From an uncultured Candidatus Saccharibacteria bacterium (GTDB lineage Bacteria > Patescibacteriota > Minisyncoccia > Minisyncoccales > Staskawiczbacteraceae): a stretch of DNA of 43,757 nt. Location: the NCBI GenBank assembly GCA_964567205.1, contig CAZMKW010000003.1, positions 1 to 43,757 of the forward strand, written 5' to 3'. Below are positions 8,625 through 18,780 of this stretch, one piece after another. Every line of letters starts with the position of its first letter. Positions within the stretch are counted from its first letter, which is position 1. Below the pieces are notes generated by a model. That model made no database searches. It saw only the letters and a program-made list of their open reading frames with translations, and was not told where the DNA came from. A program made the position numbers and the translations under genes.

Positions 8625-8876
8625 ATGCCAAAATTAGATGGAACAGGTCCTTCGGGACAAGGTCCTAAAACTGGCAGAGGAATGGGTAATTGCGGTGGAG
8701 GTAGAGGAATGGGATGGGGCAGAGGATATGGATGCGGTTGTGGGGGCGGATTGTTTGGTAGGATGTTTTACACAAAGGAAGAAAGGGACGAATTATTGAA
8801 AGATAGAGCAACAATGCTAGAGGAGGAATTAAAAGCAGTTAAGGAAGAATTAGCTGAAAAAAAGGATAAGAAATAA
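8625..8876 (+). CDS. DUF5320-like Gly-rich protein
   Basis: MPKLDGTGPSGQGPKTGRGMGNC signature plus C-terminal coiled coil. Confidence 0.85.
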   Translation: MPKLDGTGPSGQGPKTGRGMGNCGGGRGMGWGRGYGCGCGGGLFGRMFYTKEERDELLKDRATMLEEELKAVKEELAEKKDKK

Positions 8877-8975
8877 AGAAACCGACTGGCCTCTTGAATA
8901 AAAGGGGCTAGTTGGTTCTATGGTTTGAATAAGATAATAGCAAGCTATAAAATAAAAAAAGTTAACACTGTGATT

Positions 8976-9926
8976 ATGAAAAAGAATTTATTTATCTTTG
9001 TTATAGTTATTATTTTAATCTTCATTATTGGCTTATGGTTTATAAATTTTAAGTTTTTTAAACAAAATGAAATTTTTGGATTAGATGAAGAAGTTAATGG
9101 AATTATGATTCTTATCGAATCTACGGATAAACCAGCTGGATTATCTAATATGGCGAATGAAATGAAAAAAAGAAACATTTACGGCCTTTTGATGGTCACT
9201 CCAGAGTTTGCTCAAGCAAATTGCGATGAAATAAAAAATACTCTTGATATTGGTAATATAGAGATTGTTGCATCTAATGTTGGCGCACCATTTTGGGACG
9301 TGCCATACGATGAGCAGAAAACAAGAATTATTAAAATGTTGGACGGAATTGAGTTGTGTACTGGTATAAGACCAAGAATTATTTCATCTCGATATATGGC
9401 CTCCGATATGAATACTGTAAAAGTCGCAGAAGATTTGGGGATACCCTATATAACCGCCAGGGGAACAACCGGAGATAAGGCTACCGTTTATCAGCCAGAA
9501 GGCTATAATGTAAAGATTTTATCTGTTTCGAATATTCCACTTGTACCCTTTAAATATGGAAGTCTTTGTGATTATTCTTTTTATGAAAGATCCGGCACCC
9601 CAAACGACATGAAAGAAGAACTAATGAGAGCAATAGAACCATTAACACCTAAAGAGAAAACCTGGCTTGGTCAATATTCTAAAGTAACTCCAGTGTCACA
9701 TACTTATATAGGAGGGTCTTTAAAGCAATGGAACGACATGTGGATTGACTTCTGGGATAGTGCTAATATTAAATGGGTGGATTTAGATGATTTTATGGTA
9801 AAAGTGGATTGGACAATTCCACTGTGGCAAATTCCTACAAACAAGAATAATCCTTATACAGAAGAAAAAATCAGACCACTGATTCCCTACGAAGAAGAAG
9901 CAAAAATAAATAATATTTGTGAATAA
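8976..9926 (+). CDS. Membrane-anchored protein, possible polysaccharide deacetylase-like fold
   Basis: N-terminal TM (MKKNLFIF...); EIVAS...YDEQK..I..CTGIRP pattern recalls NodB family, but canonical metal ligands are not evident. Confidence 0.55.
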   Translation: MKKNLFIFVIVIILIFIIGLWFINFKFFKQNEIFGLDEEVNGIMILIESTDKPAGLSNMANEMKKRNIYGLLMVTPEFAQANCDEIKNTLDIGNIEIVASNVGAPFWDVPYDEQKTRIIKMLDGIELCTGIRPRIISSRYMASDMNTVKVAEDLGIPYITARGTTGDKATVYQPEGYNVKILSVSNIPLVPFKYGSLCDYSFYERSGTPNDMKEELMRAIEPLTPKEKTWLGQYSKVTPVSHTYIGGSLKQWNDMWIDFWDSANIKWVDLDDFMVKVDWTIPLWQIPTNKNNPYTEEKIRPLIPYEEEAKINNICE

Positions 9927-9986
9927 TAAAATTGAATCAAAAAAGCCATCTCTGAAAAGTATTTACGCAAAAAAATCAGAAATAAG

Positions 9987-10997
9987 ATGAAGGAAAAAAT
10001 ATCTATAATTTCAATATTAGCCAATGTGGTTTTAGCTGGGGGGAAAATTAGCATTGGTGTATTTTCAGGTTCTGCAGCTATTTTAGCGGAAGGGATTCAT
10101 TCCTTTATGGATATTTTCTCTTCAGTTGTTGGTTATATCGGAATTAAAATATCTACAAAACCAGAGGACCAAAAACATCCTTATGGTCATTATAAATTTG
10201 AGGTCTTGGCTGGAGTGATTATTACTTTGATTCTTTTGGTAACGGGAATAGGGATAATATGGGGAGCCTATAATAATTTTCTAAATCCGGAAAAGATAGA
10301 AGTTGGCTATTTAGCTTTTGGGATAATGATATTCTCGGCGGCTGTAAATGAAGTAATGGCTCGCCTAAAAATTTATTTCGGGAAAAAGGAAAACTCTATC
10401 GCACTGTTGTCTGACGGACTTCATTCGAGGGTTGATGTTTTTGCTTCCTTGGTAGTTTTTGTTGGATTAGCTCTAACGAAATACTGGATCTTTATCGATT
10501 CGGGCCTGGCACTTTTAATTGGGCTTTATATTGTTAAAGAGTCTTTTTCTTTGGGTAAAGAGGCAGTTAATTCCTTGTTGGATGTTTCGGCGGGTCCGGA
10601 GATTGAAGAAGAAATAAAAAAAATTATTATAGCTCGAGGTATCGAGGTAGGCGTAGTAAGAACTCAGAAAAAAGGATCTGCTGTTACAGCAAATTTAGAG
10701 GTGAAAATCCCAAGCAATTTAAAAGTAGAAGAAGCAACAAAAATTTCTGAAGATTTAAGAAAAGAATTAATGGAAAAAATTAAAAGTCTTTCTTATGTTG
10801 CTATTCAAATAAAAAGTCATAATGTTGAAACCGGATTTTATAAGCCCGTATTTGGCAAGGGATTCGGCTGGCAGAGGCAAGGACCGGGAGGTTATTGCGT
10901 TTGTCCGAAATGCGATTATAAGGCAGAGCATAGGGTGGGCACGCCATGTTCATCTCTTCGATGTCCAAAATGCAATATTAATTTAGAAAGAAAATAA
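9987..10997 (+). CDS. Cation diffusion facilitator with C-terminal Cys-rich tail
   Basis: [19 protein letters not shown]; tail CVCPKC..H..C..CPKC. Confidence 0.93.
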   Translation: MKEKISIISILANVVLAGGKISIGVFSGSAAILAEGIHSFMDIFSSVVGYIGIKISTKPEDQKHPYGHYKFEVLAGVIITLILLVTGIGIIWGAYNNFLNPEKIEVGYLAFGIMIFSAAVNEVMARLKIYFGKKENSIALLSDGLHSRVDVFASLVVFVGLALTKYWIFIDSGLALLIGLYIVKESFSLGKEAVNSLLDVSAGPEIEEEIKKIIIARGIEVGVVRTQKKGSAVTANLEVKIPSNLKVEEATKISEDLRKELMEKIKSLSYVAIQIKSHNVETGFYKPVFGKGFGWQRQGPGGYCVCPKCDYKAEHRVGTPCSSLRCPKCNINLERK

Positions 10998-10998
10998 C

Positions 10999-11541
10999 AT
11001 GGTTCCCAAAAATATTTTTTTAACTAAAGGCGTCGGAGTTCATAAAGATAGATTGGCAAGTTTTGAGTTATCACTAAGAGACGCTGGAATCGAAAAATGC
11101 AATTTAGTTTGCGTGTCATCAATTTTCCCCCCGAATTGTAAAATGGTTTCGAAAGGCGACGGTGTCAAGTTACTAAATCCTGGGGAAATAACCTATTGTG
11201 TTATGGCTAGAAACGAAAGCAATGAGCCAAACAGATTAATTTCAGCGTCCATTGGGTTGGCTATACCTAAAGACGGAGATCAATACGGCTATCTTTCTGA
11301 ACATCATGCTTTTGGAGAAAAGGGAGAAAGGGCTGGAGAGTATGCGGAAGATCTGGCGGCGACAATGCTAGCAACCACCCTTGGAATTGATTTTAATCCT
11401 GATACGGCATGGCAAGAAAGAGAGCAAGCTTATAAATCATCAGGACATATTTTTAAGACAGCCAATATTACTCAATCATCAGAAGGTGACAAGACGGGTC
11501 TTTGGACTACTGTGATTGCGGTAGCTGTTTTTATTGAATAA
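10999..11541 (+). CDS. pdaD: Pyruvoyl-dependent arginine decarboxylase
   Basis: [25 protein letters not shown] (Ser-Ser cleavage site), GYLSEHH. Confidence 0.9.
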   Translation: MVPKNIFLTKGVGVHKDRLASFELSLRDAGIEKCNLVCVSSIFPPNCKMVSKGDGVKLLNPGEITYCVMARNESNEPNRLISASIGLAIPKDGDQYGYLSEHHAFGEKGERAGEYAEDLAATMLATTLGIDFNPDTAWQEREQAYKSSGHIFKTANITQSSEGDKTGLWTTVIAVAVFIE

Positions 11542-11545
11542 TAAC

Positions 11546-11821
11546 ATGACAAGACCAAGACTTTGTAGGAGAATAGGATTTAATCCAAGCGTTACGTATT
11601 TTAAACCTCAAGGAGTGCCAATGAGATTTTTGGAGGTGGTTGATTTAACTGCAGAAGAGTTAGAAGCCCTGAGACTAAGAAATATAAATGATTTGGAGCA
11701 AGGGGAAGCTGCCAAAAAAATGAATACATCACAGAGCACTTTTCAAAGAATTTTGTCTTCGGCCTATAAAAAGGTGAGCGAAGCTTTGATAGAAGGAAAA
11801 GCAATAAAAATAGTTAAATAG
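11546..11821 (+). CDS. DUF134 family putative DNA-binding protein
   Basis: RPRLCRRI..YFKPQGVP..EELEALRL..AAKKMNTSQSTFQRIL. Confidence 0.9.
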   Translation: MTRPRLCRRIGFNPSVTYFKPQGVPMRFLEVVDLTAEELEALRLRNINDLEQGEAAKKMNTSQSTFQRILSSAYKKVSEALIEGKAIKIVK

Positions 11822-11911
11822 TTTTTTATTTTTTGCCTCAGCTAATTTTTTTATTTTGCCCTACGGGTATTTTTTTGCTACAATACACAAATATTTAAAC
11901 AACGTTATCAC

Positions 11912-12832
11912 ATGATTAAAATATATCAAAAAAGAATAGTAGATTCCGAAATAAAAGAGGTGGGAGAATTTAGACCCGGATCTTGGATATGCGCGCAAAA
12001 AGCCAGCGAAGAAGAGGTCGCTGTTTTAGAAAGGGATTTTAAATTGGATTCAAATATATTAAAAGATGCCCTAGATCCTTTTGAAGCTCCTCGCGTGGAA
12101 ACCGAAGGCGGGATAGTGTACATATTTACGAGGGTGGCTCAAAAATTGGAGGAGAGAATTATCACAGTTCCCTTATTAATAGTCATCGGTCCGGATTTTG
12201 TTTTAACGCTTTCAAAAGATGAGAACCAAATTCTTAATAAATTTATGGATAACGGTTTAAAATTTACAACAACGCAGAAGACTCAGTTACTTTTGATAAT
12301 TTTTTCTGAAATAATGAAAAGCTACAACAGTTTTTTAACTTCGATAAGCAGGAACGTGAGAGAGGCAAGCGGAAAAGTTGGAAAGATAAATGAGAAAGTT
12401 ATTATGAATTTTGTCGGATTTGAAGAGGAGTTAAATGATTTTCTTTCGGCCCTCACTCATACAAGTCCTGTTTTACAGAACATATTAGGAGGAAAACTTA
12501 TAAAGCTTTATCAGCAGGATGGTGAGTTGATGGAAGACTTAATTCTAAGCGCAAATCAGTTGATAAGTTTGTGTCAGTCTACACTTAAAAATATTGTTAA
12601 TATTAGAGAGGCCTATTCCACAATAGTTACGAACGATCTTAACAGAGTCATCAAGCTATTTACATCCCTTACGGTTATACTCACAATTCCAACAATTATT
12701 GCCAGCATGTATGGTATGAACGTGGGGCTTCCTTTGGCGGGAAACCCGGGAGCTTTTTGGATAATATCTTTGGCGATAGTTGTTATCGTTTCGGGTGTTT
12801 TATATGTATTCAGCAGGAATAGATGGCTGTAA
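11912..12832 (+). CDS. corA: CorA family Mg2+ transporter
   Basis: YGMN motif between two C-terminal TMs. Confidence 0.92.
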   Translation: MIKIYQKRIVDSEIKEVGEFRPGSWICAQKASEEEVAVLERDFKLDSNILKDALDPFEAPRVETEGGIVYIFTRVAQKLEERIITVPLLIVIGPDFVLTLSKDENQILNKFMDNGLKFTTTQKTQLLLIIFSEIMKSYNSFLTSISRNVREASGKVGKINEKVIMNFVGFEEELNDFLSALTHTSPVLQNILGGKLIKLYQQDGELMEDLILSANQLISLCQSTLKNIVNIREAYSTIVTNDLNRVIKLFTSLTVILTIPTIIASMYGMNVGLPLAGNPGAFWIISLAIVVIVSGVLYVFSRNRWL

Positions 12833-12854
12833 TTTGTAAGGTTGAGTAAAAAAG

Positions 12855-12885
12855 AAAAACCACCTTTTAACGGAGGCGGTTTTTT
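12855..12885 (+). terminator. Intrinsic terminator
   Basis: aaaaaccacctt/gaggcggttttt hairpin after corA. Confidence 0.6.
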
Positions 12886-12902
12886 GGTAGAATTGAGGAA
12901 AG

Positions 12903-15587
12903 ATGCAAAATCAATGGTACACAAAATCAATTGCAGGGGTTTTTGAAGATATAAGGTCTAGTGAGGGGGGATTGAGTAGTAGAGACGCGACGTTGCGACT
13001 TAAAGAATACGGATTGAATAAATTGCCGGAAGCTAAACCAGACGGGATTTTTTATATTTTTTTACATCAATTTCAAAGTTCTCTTATTTATATACTTTTG
13101 CTTGCAGGAGCTATTGTTTTTGCTATGGGAGAGTTTGTTGACGGATTTATTATTTTGTTCGTGCTTGTTTTTAATGCGGTTGTTGGGACTATCCAAGAAG
13201 GAAAGGCACAAAATACTTTATTGGCTCTTAAAAAATATACAGAAACCAAGACTATTGTCGTACGCGATGACCTAGAATTTATTATTGCGGATACGGACGT
13301 TGTGCCAGGAGATATAATTGTTTTGCAAGAAGGGGAAAAAGTCCCCGCTGACGCGCGCGTGATTTTATCGAACAATTTAAAAGCAGACGAATCGACCTTA
13401 TCTGGAGAATCTGTGCCGGTAAATAAAATTGTTGAACCGATAGAGAGAGAATATTTGCCTACACCAGAGCAAAAAAATATTATTTTTAAAGGAACAAACA
13501 TATTGTCTGGCAGTGGGCGAGCTGTTGTTGTCGCAACGGGTGTTAATACTGAGATAGGTAAGATAGCAAAAGCAATGACGGCTATAGACGCAGAAGTTCC
13601 CTTGAAAAAGAATGTCCGTTATTTGTCTGGAATTATTGTTGTAGTAACAATAATTTTAAATATTGTTTTGTTTGTTGCGGGACTTTTATCCGGCAAAAAT
13701 ATAAGAGAAATGTTTGTTATGTTGGTTTCTCTTTCTGTCTCTATTATTCCGGAGGGCCTGCCGGTTGTGCTTACACTAATTTTAGCAACGGGTGTATGGA
13801 GAATGAGCAAGCGAAACGCTTTGGTTAAAAAACTTCAGGCGGTTGAGGCGCTAGGGCAGGCGGAAGTAATTGCAGTTGATAAAACGGGAACCATTACAAA
13901 AAACGAAATGGTGGTCCAAAAAGTGTTTGTAGATAATAGAACTTTTGAGATCGGCGGAATAGGATACGAGCCAAAGGGTGACGTTAAAATGAACGGGGAT
14001 CAGGTTGATCCGCTAAACCATCAGGAGTTAATTTTTATGGCAAAAAACGCCGCATTATGCGCGGAAGCTATGGTATTTTTTTCAAAAAAAGAAAAAAAGT
14101 GGATAACAAGGGGCGATCCCACAGAGGCCGCGTTGCTGGTGATGGCTCAGAAGATAGGCTTTCATAAAAACATTTTAGAACGAGAGTCGCCGTCTATGGC
14201 AGAATTTCCTTTTGATTATCATCTTAAGTATAGGGCTTCGTTGCGTAAAACGGAAAATAGGAAGTTTTTAATAGTCGCCGGTGCGCCGGAGAGCATATTG
14301 GCAATATCAAACAAAATTTGGAAAAACGAGAAGAATCAGCCGTTATCTGAATCTGAGAAAAATAAATTAACAGGAATTTTTGAAAAAATGTCAGAAGACG
14401 GACTTAGGGCTGTAGCGTTGGGAATAGACAATAATCCAGATAAAGATGTTTCGGCAGAAAAAATAGAGAAAATTACATTTGTCGGATTTTTAGGTATGAA
14501 AGACGCGCTGAGACCAGAAGTTCCGGACGCAATGGCTCGCGCATTGAAAGCGGGAGTGCGCATAGTTATGATTACTGGCGACCATAGGATTACAGCAAAA
14601 GCTATCGCCACGGAAGCTGGTATTTATAAAGAGGGAGATGAAATTGTTACGGGAGAAGAGCTAGATAAAATGAGCGACGAATATCTTGCCGGAAAAATTA
14701 AAAAAGTTTCTGTTTTTGCCCGGGTTTCTCCGGAACACAAATTAAGAATAATTAAAGCGTTCAAAATAGCTAAAAAAATTATTGCGATGACAGGGGACGG
14801 AGTAAACGACGCGCCCTCGCTTGTTATGGCTGATCTCGGCGTGGCTATGGGTCAGATAGGCACAGAGGTCGCCAAAGAAGCATCGGATATTATTCTTTTA
14901 GACGATAATTTTGGAACTATTATCTCTGTTATAGAGGAAGGAAGAAGCATTTATAAAACCATAAAAAAGGTTATTCTTTATCTTTTTTCTACCAGCATTG
15001 GAGAGGTTTCAGTTATAGCTGGAGCGCTTTTTTTGGGATATCCTTTGCCTATTTTACCTGCGCAAATTATTTGGCTTAATTTTGTGACGGACGGTTTTCT
15101 TGATGTGTCTTTGGCGATGGAGCCAAGTGAAAATAACTTGCTTTCTGATAAGTTTAAAAAACCCAACAAATATTTAGTAGATTTTTTAATGGCGCAAAGG
15201 ATGTTTTTTATGGCTCTACCGATGATGATAGGAACCCTATTTGTCTTTAAAATATTTTTAGGCTCAGATCTGATAAAAGCTCAAACAATGGCGCTTTGTG
15301 TTTTGGCGGCAATCCAATGGTTCAATGCCTGGAATTGTAAGTCAGAAGATAAATCAATTTTTAAAACAAACCCTCTGTCGAATAAATTTTTGGTTGGCGC
15401 CACGGCTATTGTTATATCACTGCAATTATTAGCAGTTTATAATCCTTTTTTACAAAAAATATTACACACGGTTCCCCTTAAAGGAAAAGACTGGTTGTTA
15501 ATTATTACAGTGGCCCTTTCTGTGGTTGTTGTAGAAGAAGTTAGAAAATTAATTTATAGGTTATGGAAAAAACATTTTGTTGGCTAA
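12903..15587 (+). CDS. P-type cation-transporting ATPase (type II, Ca2+-like)
   Basis: SGES, IPEGLP, DKTGT, MITGD, TGDGVND. Confidence 0.96.
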   Translation: MQNQWYTKSIAGVFEDIRSSEGGLSSRDATLRLKEYGLNKLPEAKPDGIFYIFLHQFQSSLIYILLLAGAIVFAMGEFVDGFIILFVLVFNAVVGTIQEGKAQNTLLALKKYTETKTIVVRDDLEFIIADTDVVPGDIIVLQEGEKVPADARVILSNNLKADESTLSGESVPVNKIVEPIEREYLPTPEQKNIIFKGTNILSGSGRAVVVATGVNTEIGKIAKAMTAIDAEVPLKKNVRYLSGIIVVVTIILNIVLFVAGLLSGKNIREMFVMLVSLSVSIIPEGLPVVLTLILATGVWRMSKRNALVKKLQAVEALGQAEVIAVDKTGTITKNEMVVQKVFVDNRTFEIGGIGYEPKGDVKMNGDQVDPLNHQELIFMAKNAALCAEAMVFFSKKEKKWITRGDPTEAALLVMAQKIGFHKNILERESPSMAEFPFDYHLKYRASLRKTENRKFLIVAGAPESILAISNKIWKNEKNQPLSESEKNKLTGIFEKMSEDGLRAVALGIDNNPDKDVSAEKIEKITFVGFLGMKDALRPEVPDAMARALKAGVRIVMITGDHRITAKAIATEAGIYKEGDEIVTGEELDKMSDEYLAGKIKKVSVFARVSPEHKLRIIKAFKIAKKIIAMTGDGVNDAPSLVMADLGVAMGQIGTEVAKEASDIILLDDNFGTIISVIEEGRSIYKTIKKVILYLFSTSIGEVSVIAGALFLGYPLPILPAQIIWLNFVTDGFLDVSLAMEPSENNLLSDKFKKPNKYLVDFLMAQRMFFMALPMMIGTLFVFKIFLGSDLIKAQTMALCVLAAIQWFNAWNCKSEDKSIFKTNPLSNKFLVGATAIVISLQLLAVYNPFLQKILHTVPLKGKDWLLIITVALSVVVVEEVRKLIYRLWKKHFVG

Positions 15588-15677
15588 TCGGGGTCCGACG
15601 CGTAGATTTTTTACACAGCGCACATTTTATAATTATCTGATATAATAATTAAATATTCATAATTTATTCAATAAAAT

Positions 15678-16652
15678 ATGTTTAATATAGTTACGTATTT
15701 ATTTTTAGCATTGGGATTTGTTCTTCTTATAAAGGGCGCAGATTTTTTAGTAGACGGAGCTTCGTCAATCGCTAAAAGATTTGGTATTTCAGCCTTAGTA
15801 ATCGGGCTCACAATTGTTGCCTTTGGAACTTCAGCTCCCGAGCTGGTAGTTAATATTTTTGCCAGCTTGCAGGGCAATACAGATATTGCCATAGGTAATA
15901 TTCTAGGAAGCAACATAGCTAATATTCTGCTTATTCTAGGTGTTTCGGCGACTATTTTTCCTTTGGCGGTAAAAAAGGGGACCACCTGGAAAGAAATTCC
16001 GTTGAGCTTGTTGGCAATCATAGTTCTCGCCCTTTTAGTTAACGACCAATTTATAGATGGTAGTTTACCTTCTGGGCTTACCAGAATTGACGGATTTGTG
16101 CTTCTTTCTTTCTTTATTGTTTTTTTATATTATACTTTTGGCATAAGCAAGGCATCTGGTGACGAGAACCAGACGGATATTAGTGAAAAATCTTTATTAG
16201 TGTCGATCTGCATGATATTGGGAGGACTTTTTGGCCTTACACTAGGCGGAAAATTGATTGTAGACTCTGCCGTTACTATAGCGTCAAGTCTTGGCGTAAG
16301 CCAGGCGGTGATAGGACTTACTGTTGTGGCGATTGGAACGTCTCTTCCGGAGCTAGCGACCTCAGCAATCGCTGCCTACAGAAGGCATCCCGACATTGCG
16401 GTTGGAAACATAGTTGGTTCCAATATTTTTAATATTTTTTGGATATTAGGAATAAGCGCCGTAATCAATCCGTTGCCATTTTCTCCTGTGCTGATGAGAG
16501 ATATGGCCGTTGTAATTGGAGCAACCTCTTTACTTTTTATCTTTATGTTTGTTGGTAAAAAACACATACTTGAAAGATGGCAGGGTGTTTTATTTATCGT
16601 GGCTTATCTTATTTATATTATTTTTATCGTTGCCCAAGAGATTATAAAATAG
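15678..16652 (+). CDS. Ca2+/Na+ antiporter (CaCA, YrbG-like)
   Basis: Two alpha repeats: GTSAPE..GSNIAN and GTSLPE..GSNIFN. Confidence 0.95.
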   Translation: MFNIVTYLFLALGFVLLIKGADFLVDGASSIAKRFGISALVIGLTIVAFGTSAPELVVNIFASLQGNTDIAIGNILGSNIANILLILGVSATIFPLAVKKGTTWKEIPLSLLAIIVLALLVNDQFIDGSLPSGLTRIDGFVLLSFFIVFLYYTFGISKASGDENQTDISEKSLLVSICMILGGLFGLTLGGKLIVDSAVTIASSLGVSQAVIGLTVVAIGTSLPELATSAIAAYRRHPDIAVGNIVGSNIFNIFWILGISAVINPLPFSPVLMRDMAVVIGATSLLFIFMFVGKKHILERWQGVLFIVAYLIYIIFIVAQEIIK

Positions 16653-16760
16653 CATTATTGCGCTAAATTTATTGGAGTTTTCGATGAAAGTTTAAAAAAA
16701 TATTAATCTAGGACAGTATTCCTACGGCCGTGAAAATTTGTCCTTTTCGGCTTTTTTATT

Positions 16761-16804
16761 AAAACAAAAGCCGTCTCTAAATTACAAGAGACGGCTTTTG
16801 TTTT
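16761..16804. terminator. Bidirectional terminator
   Basis: aaaacaaaagccgtctc/gagacggcttttgtttt between convergent genes. Confidence 0.85.
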
Positions 16805-16806
16805 TG

Positions 16807-17943
16807 TTATATGGCGTTACTTAAAACGGAAACTAATTCGGCGAATATTTTATGAGTGCCGTAGGATTCTTTTATCTGATTTTTAACATCTTCGGCTACC
16901 TCTCCTCCTATTACATCTTCTATTTTTTTATACACCGATTTTACAGAATCGAAGTTTATAATCCAGTCGTGGAGCCCTAGTTTTTTAAAGGTTTCAGAAA
17001 CTCCCATATTATGGTTAATTATTGCGGGGGTTCCTGAGGCCACGGCTTCCTTGGCTACGTTTCCATAAGTCTCAAAATGCGAAGGACTGATCACTACCCC
17101 CATTTTTTGATAAAACGCGACTAACTTTTTGTTGCTTCTGGAGCTATAAAACGTAACCAATTTTGACATCCTTTTATAATTTTTATTTTTGGAATCAAGG
17201 TCGGTTATAATATTAATGGTAAATTTATTACCATTTTTTTGGTTGTACTTTGCTAGTTTTTCACAGAATTGGACATTTTTTATTCTGGTCCACCTGCTTA
17301 CAATACCAATGTTTTGTTTGGTTTTTTTGTTTTTTCCGGCGACAAAATATTCAGGCACAGGATTTGGGATTATGGCAGACTTATATATTTTATGGCCAAA
17401 AACTTCTTTTTCGACAACATTTTTTGTCATATCAGAAGGAAAAATGTAAAAAGTGTTATCGTTATCAAAACATTTTTCCATGTCCAAGAATATTTTTTTG
17501 GCTTTTTTGTTCCAACTTGCAGTTTCTTTTGCTAACACTCCATGATAATGCAGTACAACTGGAACACCCTCTTTTTGGGCTGCCAAAAGCAGGCACCATG
17601 GCAAAAAATAGGTTCCATTAACGAGAATCAAGTCCGGTTTCTCTTCTTTTATTGCTCTTTGGTAGGCACTAATAACCTTGCTATATCTTTTTTCAACGTA
17701 ACTTAGTCCTTTTGCCTTCTTTATAACTTTTGCAATATTGGGAACATTTAAGGATGCGGATATGGTGGAGTTTTTTATATCCATCTTTTTCTTAAAAGTG
17801 TTTTTACCTCTTTTATTTATTATGTTTACGGCTGTAATACTTAGATCACCAGCTCCGCTTTTTTTTATGAAGTCCATAAAAGACAAAACCACCTGAGCTA
17901 TGCCAGCTGTCTGGGCAAATCTTATGTTTGTTAAAATTTTCAT
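16807..17943 (-). CDS. GT-B family 4-like glycosyltransferase
   Basis: SPSHFETYGNVAKEAVASGTP (EX7E motif); ATG at 17943. Confidence 0.88.
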   Translation of the reverse strand: MKILTNIRFAQTAGIAQVVLSFMDFIKKSGAGDLSITAVNIINKRGKNTFKKKMDIKNSTISASLNVPNIAKVIKKAKGLSYVEKRYSKVISAYQRAIKEEKPDLILVNGTYFLPWCLLLAAQKEGVPVVLHYHGVLAKETASWNKKAKKIFLDMEKCFDNDNTFYIFPSDMTKNVVEKEVFGHKIYKSAIIPNPVPEYFVAGKNKKTKQNIGIVSRWTRIKNVQFCEKLAKYNQKNGNKFTINIITDLDSKNKNYKRMSKLVTFYSSRSNKKLVAFYQKMGVVISPSHFETYGNVAKEAVASGTPAIINHNMGVSETFKKLGLHDWIINFDSVKSVYKKIEDVIGGEVAEDVKNQIKESYGTHKIFAELVSVLSNAI

Positions 17944-18024
17944 TTTTGTTTTTTTAGGTCTTAATAATAAAAAACTCAAAACATGCTGTGTTTGAGCGCC
18001 ATCTCTTTACATTATTATGTCTTT

Positions 18025-18052
18025 ATTGTATCACTTTATAACTGTTTGTCAA
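18025..18052 (-). promoter_or_regulatory. sigma70 promoter for the glycosyltransferase
   Basis: TTGACA-16-TACAAT on the minus strand. Confidence 0.6.
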
Positions 18053-18154
18053 GTCTTTTTAGCCTATTTTGTACTTTGCTCCCCAAAATTTCATTAATAA
18101 CCACTACTAGCCCTGTCCTTTAAATTGGGCCAATTTTATGGTAATATGCTTGTA

Positions 18155-18751
18155 ATGATATTAAAACAAATTTTCGACTTTATATTACCACAAAAAAAGT
18201 TTAACAGGGGATTAAGAATTTTGATTACAGTAAATACCGCAATGGTTTTCATCATAGGATTGTTTGCGCCCTTTTATGCTGTGTTTGTGCAAAAATTAGG
18301 AGGTAATATCGCTTTCGCCGGTTTTTCTTGGGCGGTATTTTCTATTGTAGCGGGTGTTTTAACCTTGTTATTCGGGAAATGGCAGTTAAGAGTAAAGGAA
18401 CAGGAGCTTCTGGTGGCCTTAGGATATTTGATCCGTGGATTGGTTTTTTTAAGTTATGCCTTTATGGGCAGTATTACTCAGTTAATTTTTACCCAGGTTC
18501 TTTGGGGCGTGGGAGCTGCTCTTGGCTCACCGGCCTTTGATGCAGTATATAGCGCACATACAAGCAAAGAAGATTCTATAGTCCAGTGGGGAGAGTGGGA
18601 GGGGATTGCGTCTATAGCGGTGGGATTGGCGGCGATTATCGGAGGAATTTTAATTCAGGAAGTTGGTTATATGTATGTCTTTTTAGGAATGGCTGTTTTA
18701 TCTTTTGGTCTCGGAATTTATATTTGGAAGCTTCCGCGTGAAGTTTTATAA
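18155..18751 (+). CDS. Half-size (about 6 TM) MFS-like membrane protein
   Basis: MFS-like helices (GLFAPFYAVF, GVGAALGSPAFDA); start 7 nt after TGGTAATAT. Confidence 0.75.
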   Translation: MILKQIFDFILPQKKFNRGLRILITVNTAMVFIIGLFAPFYAVFVQKLGGNIAFAGFSWAVFSIVAGVLTLLFGKWQLRVKEQELLVALGYLIRGLVFLSYAFMGSITQLIFTQVLWGVGAALGSPAFDAVYSAHTSKEDSIVQWGEWEGIASIAVGLAAIIGGILIQEVGYMYVFLGMAVLSFGLGIYIWKLPREVL

Positions 18752-18780
18752 AAATATATTTTTTAATCTAACTTAAAAAA

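Noticed and set aside
11822-11911. Mg2+ or Mn2+ riboswitch upstream of corA (also checked before the ATPase and ZIP)
   Set aside because: Leaders are too short and lack recognisable M-box or yybP-ykoY motifs.
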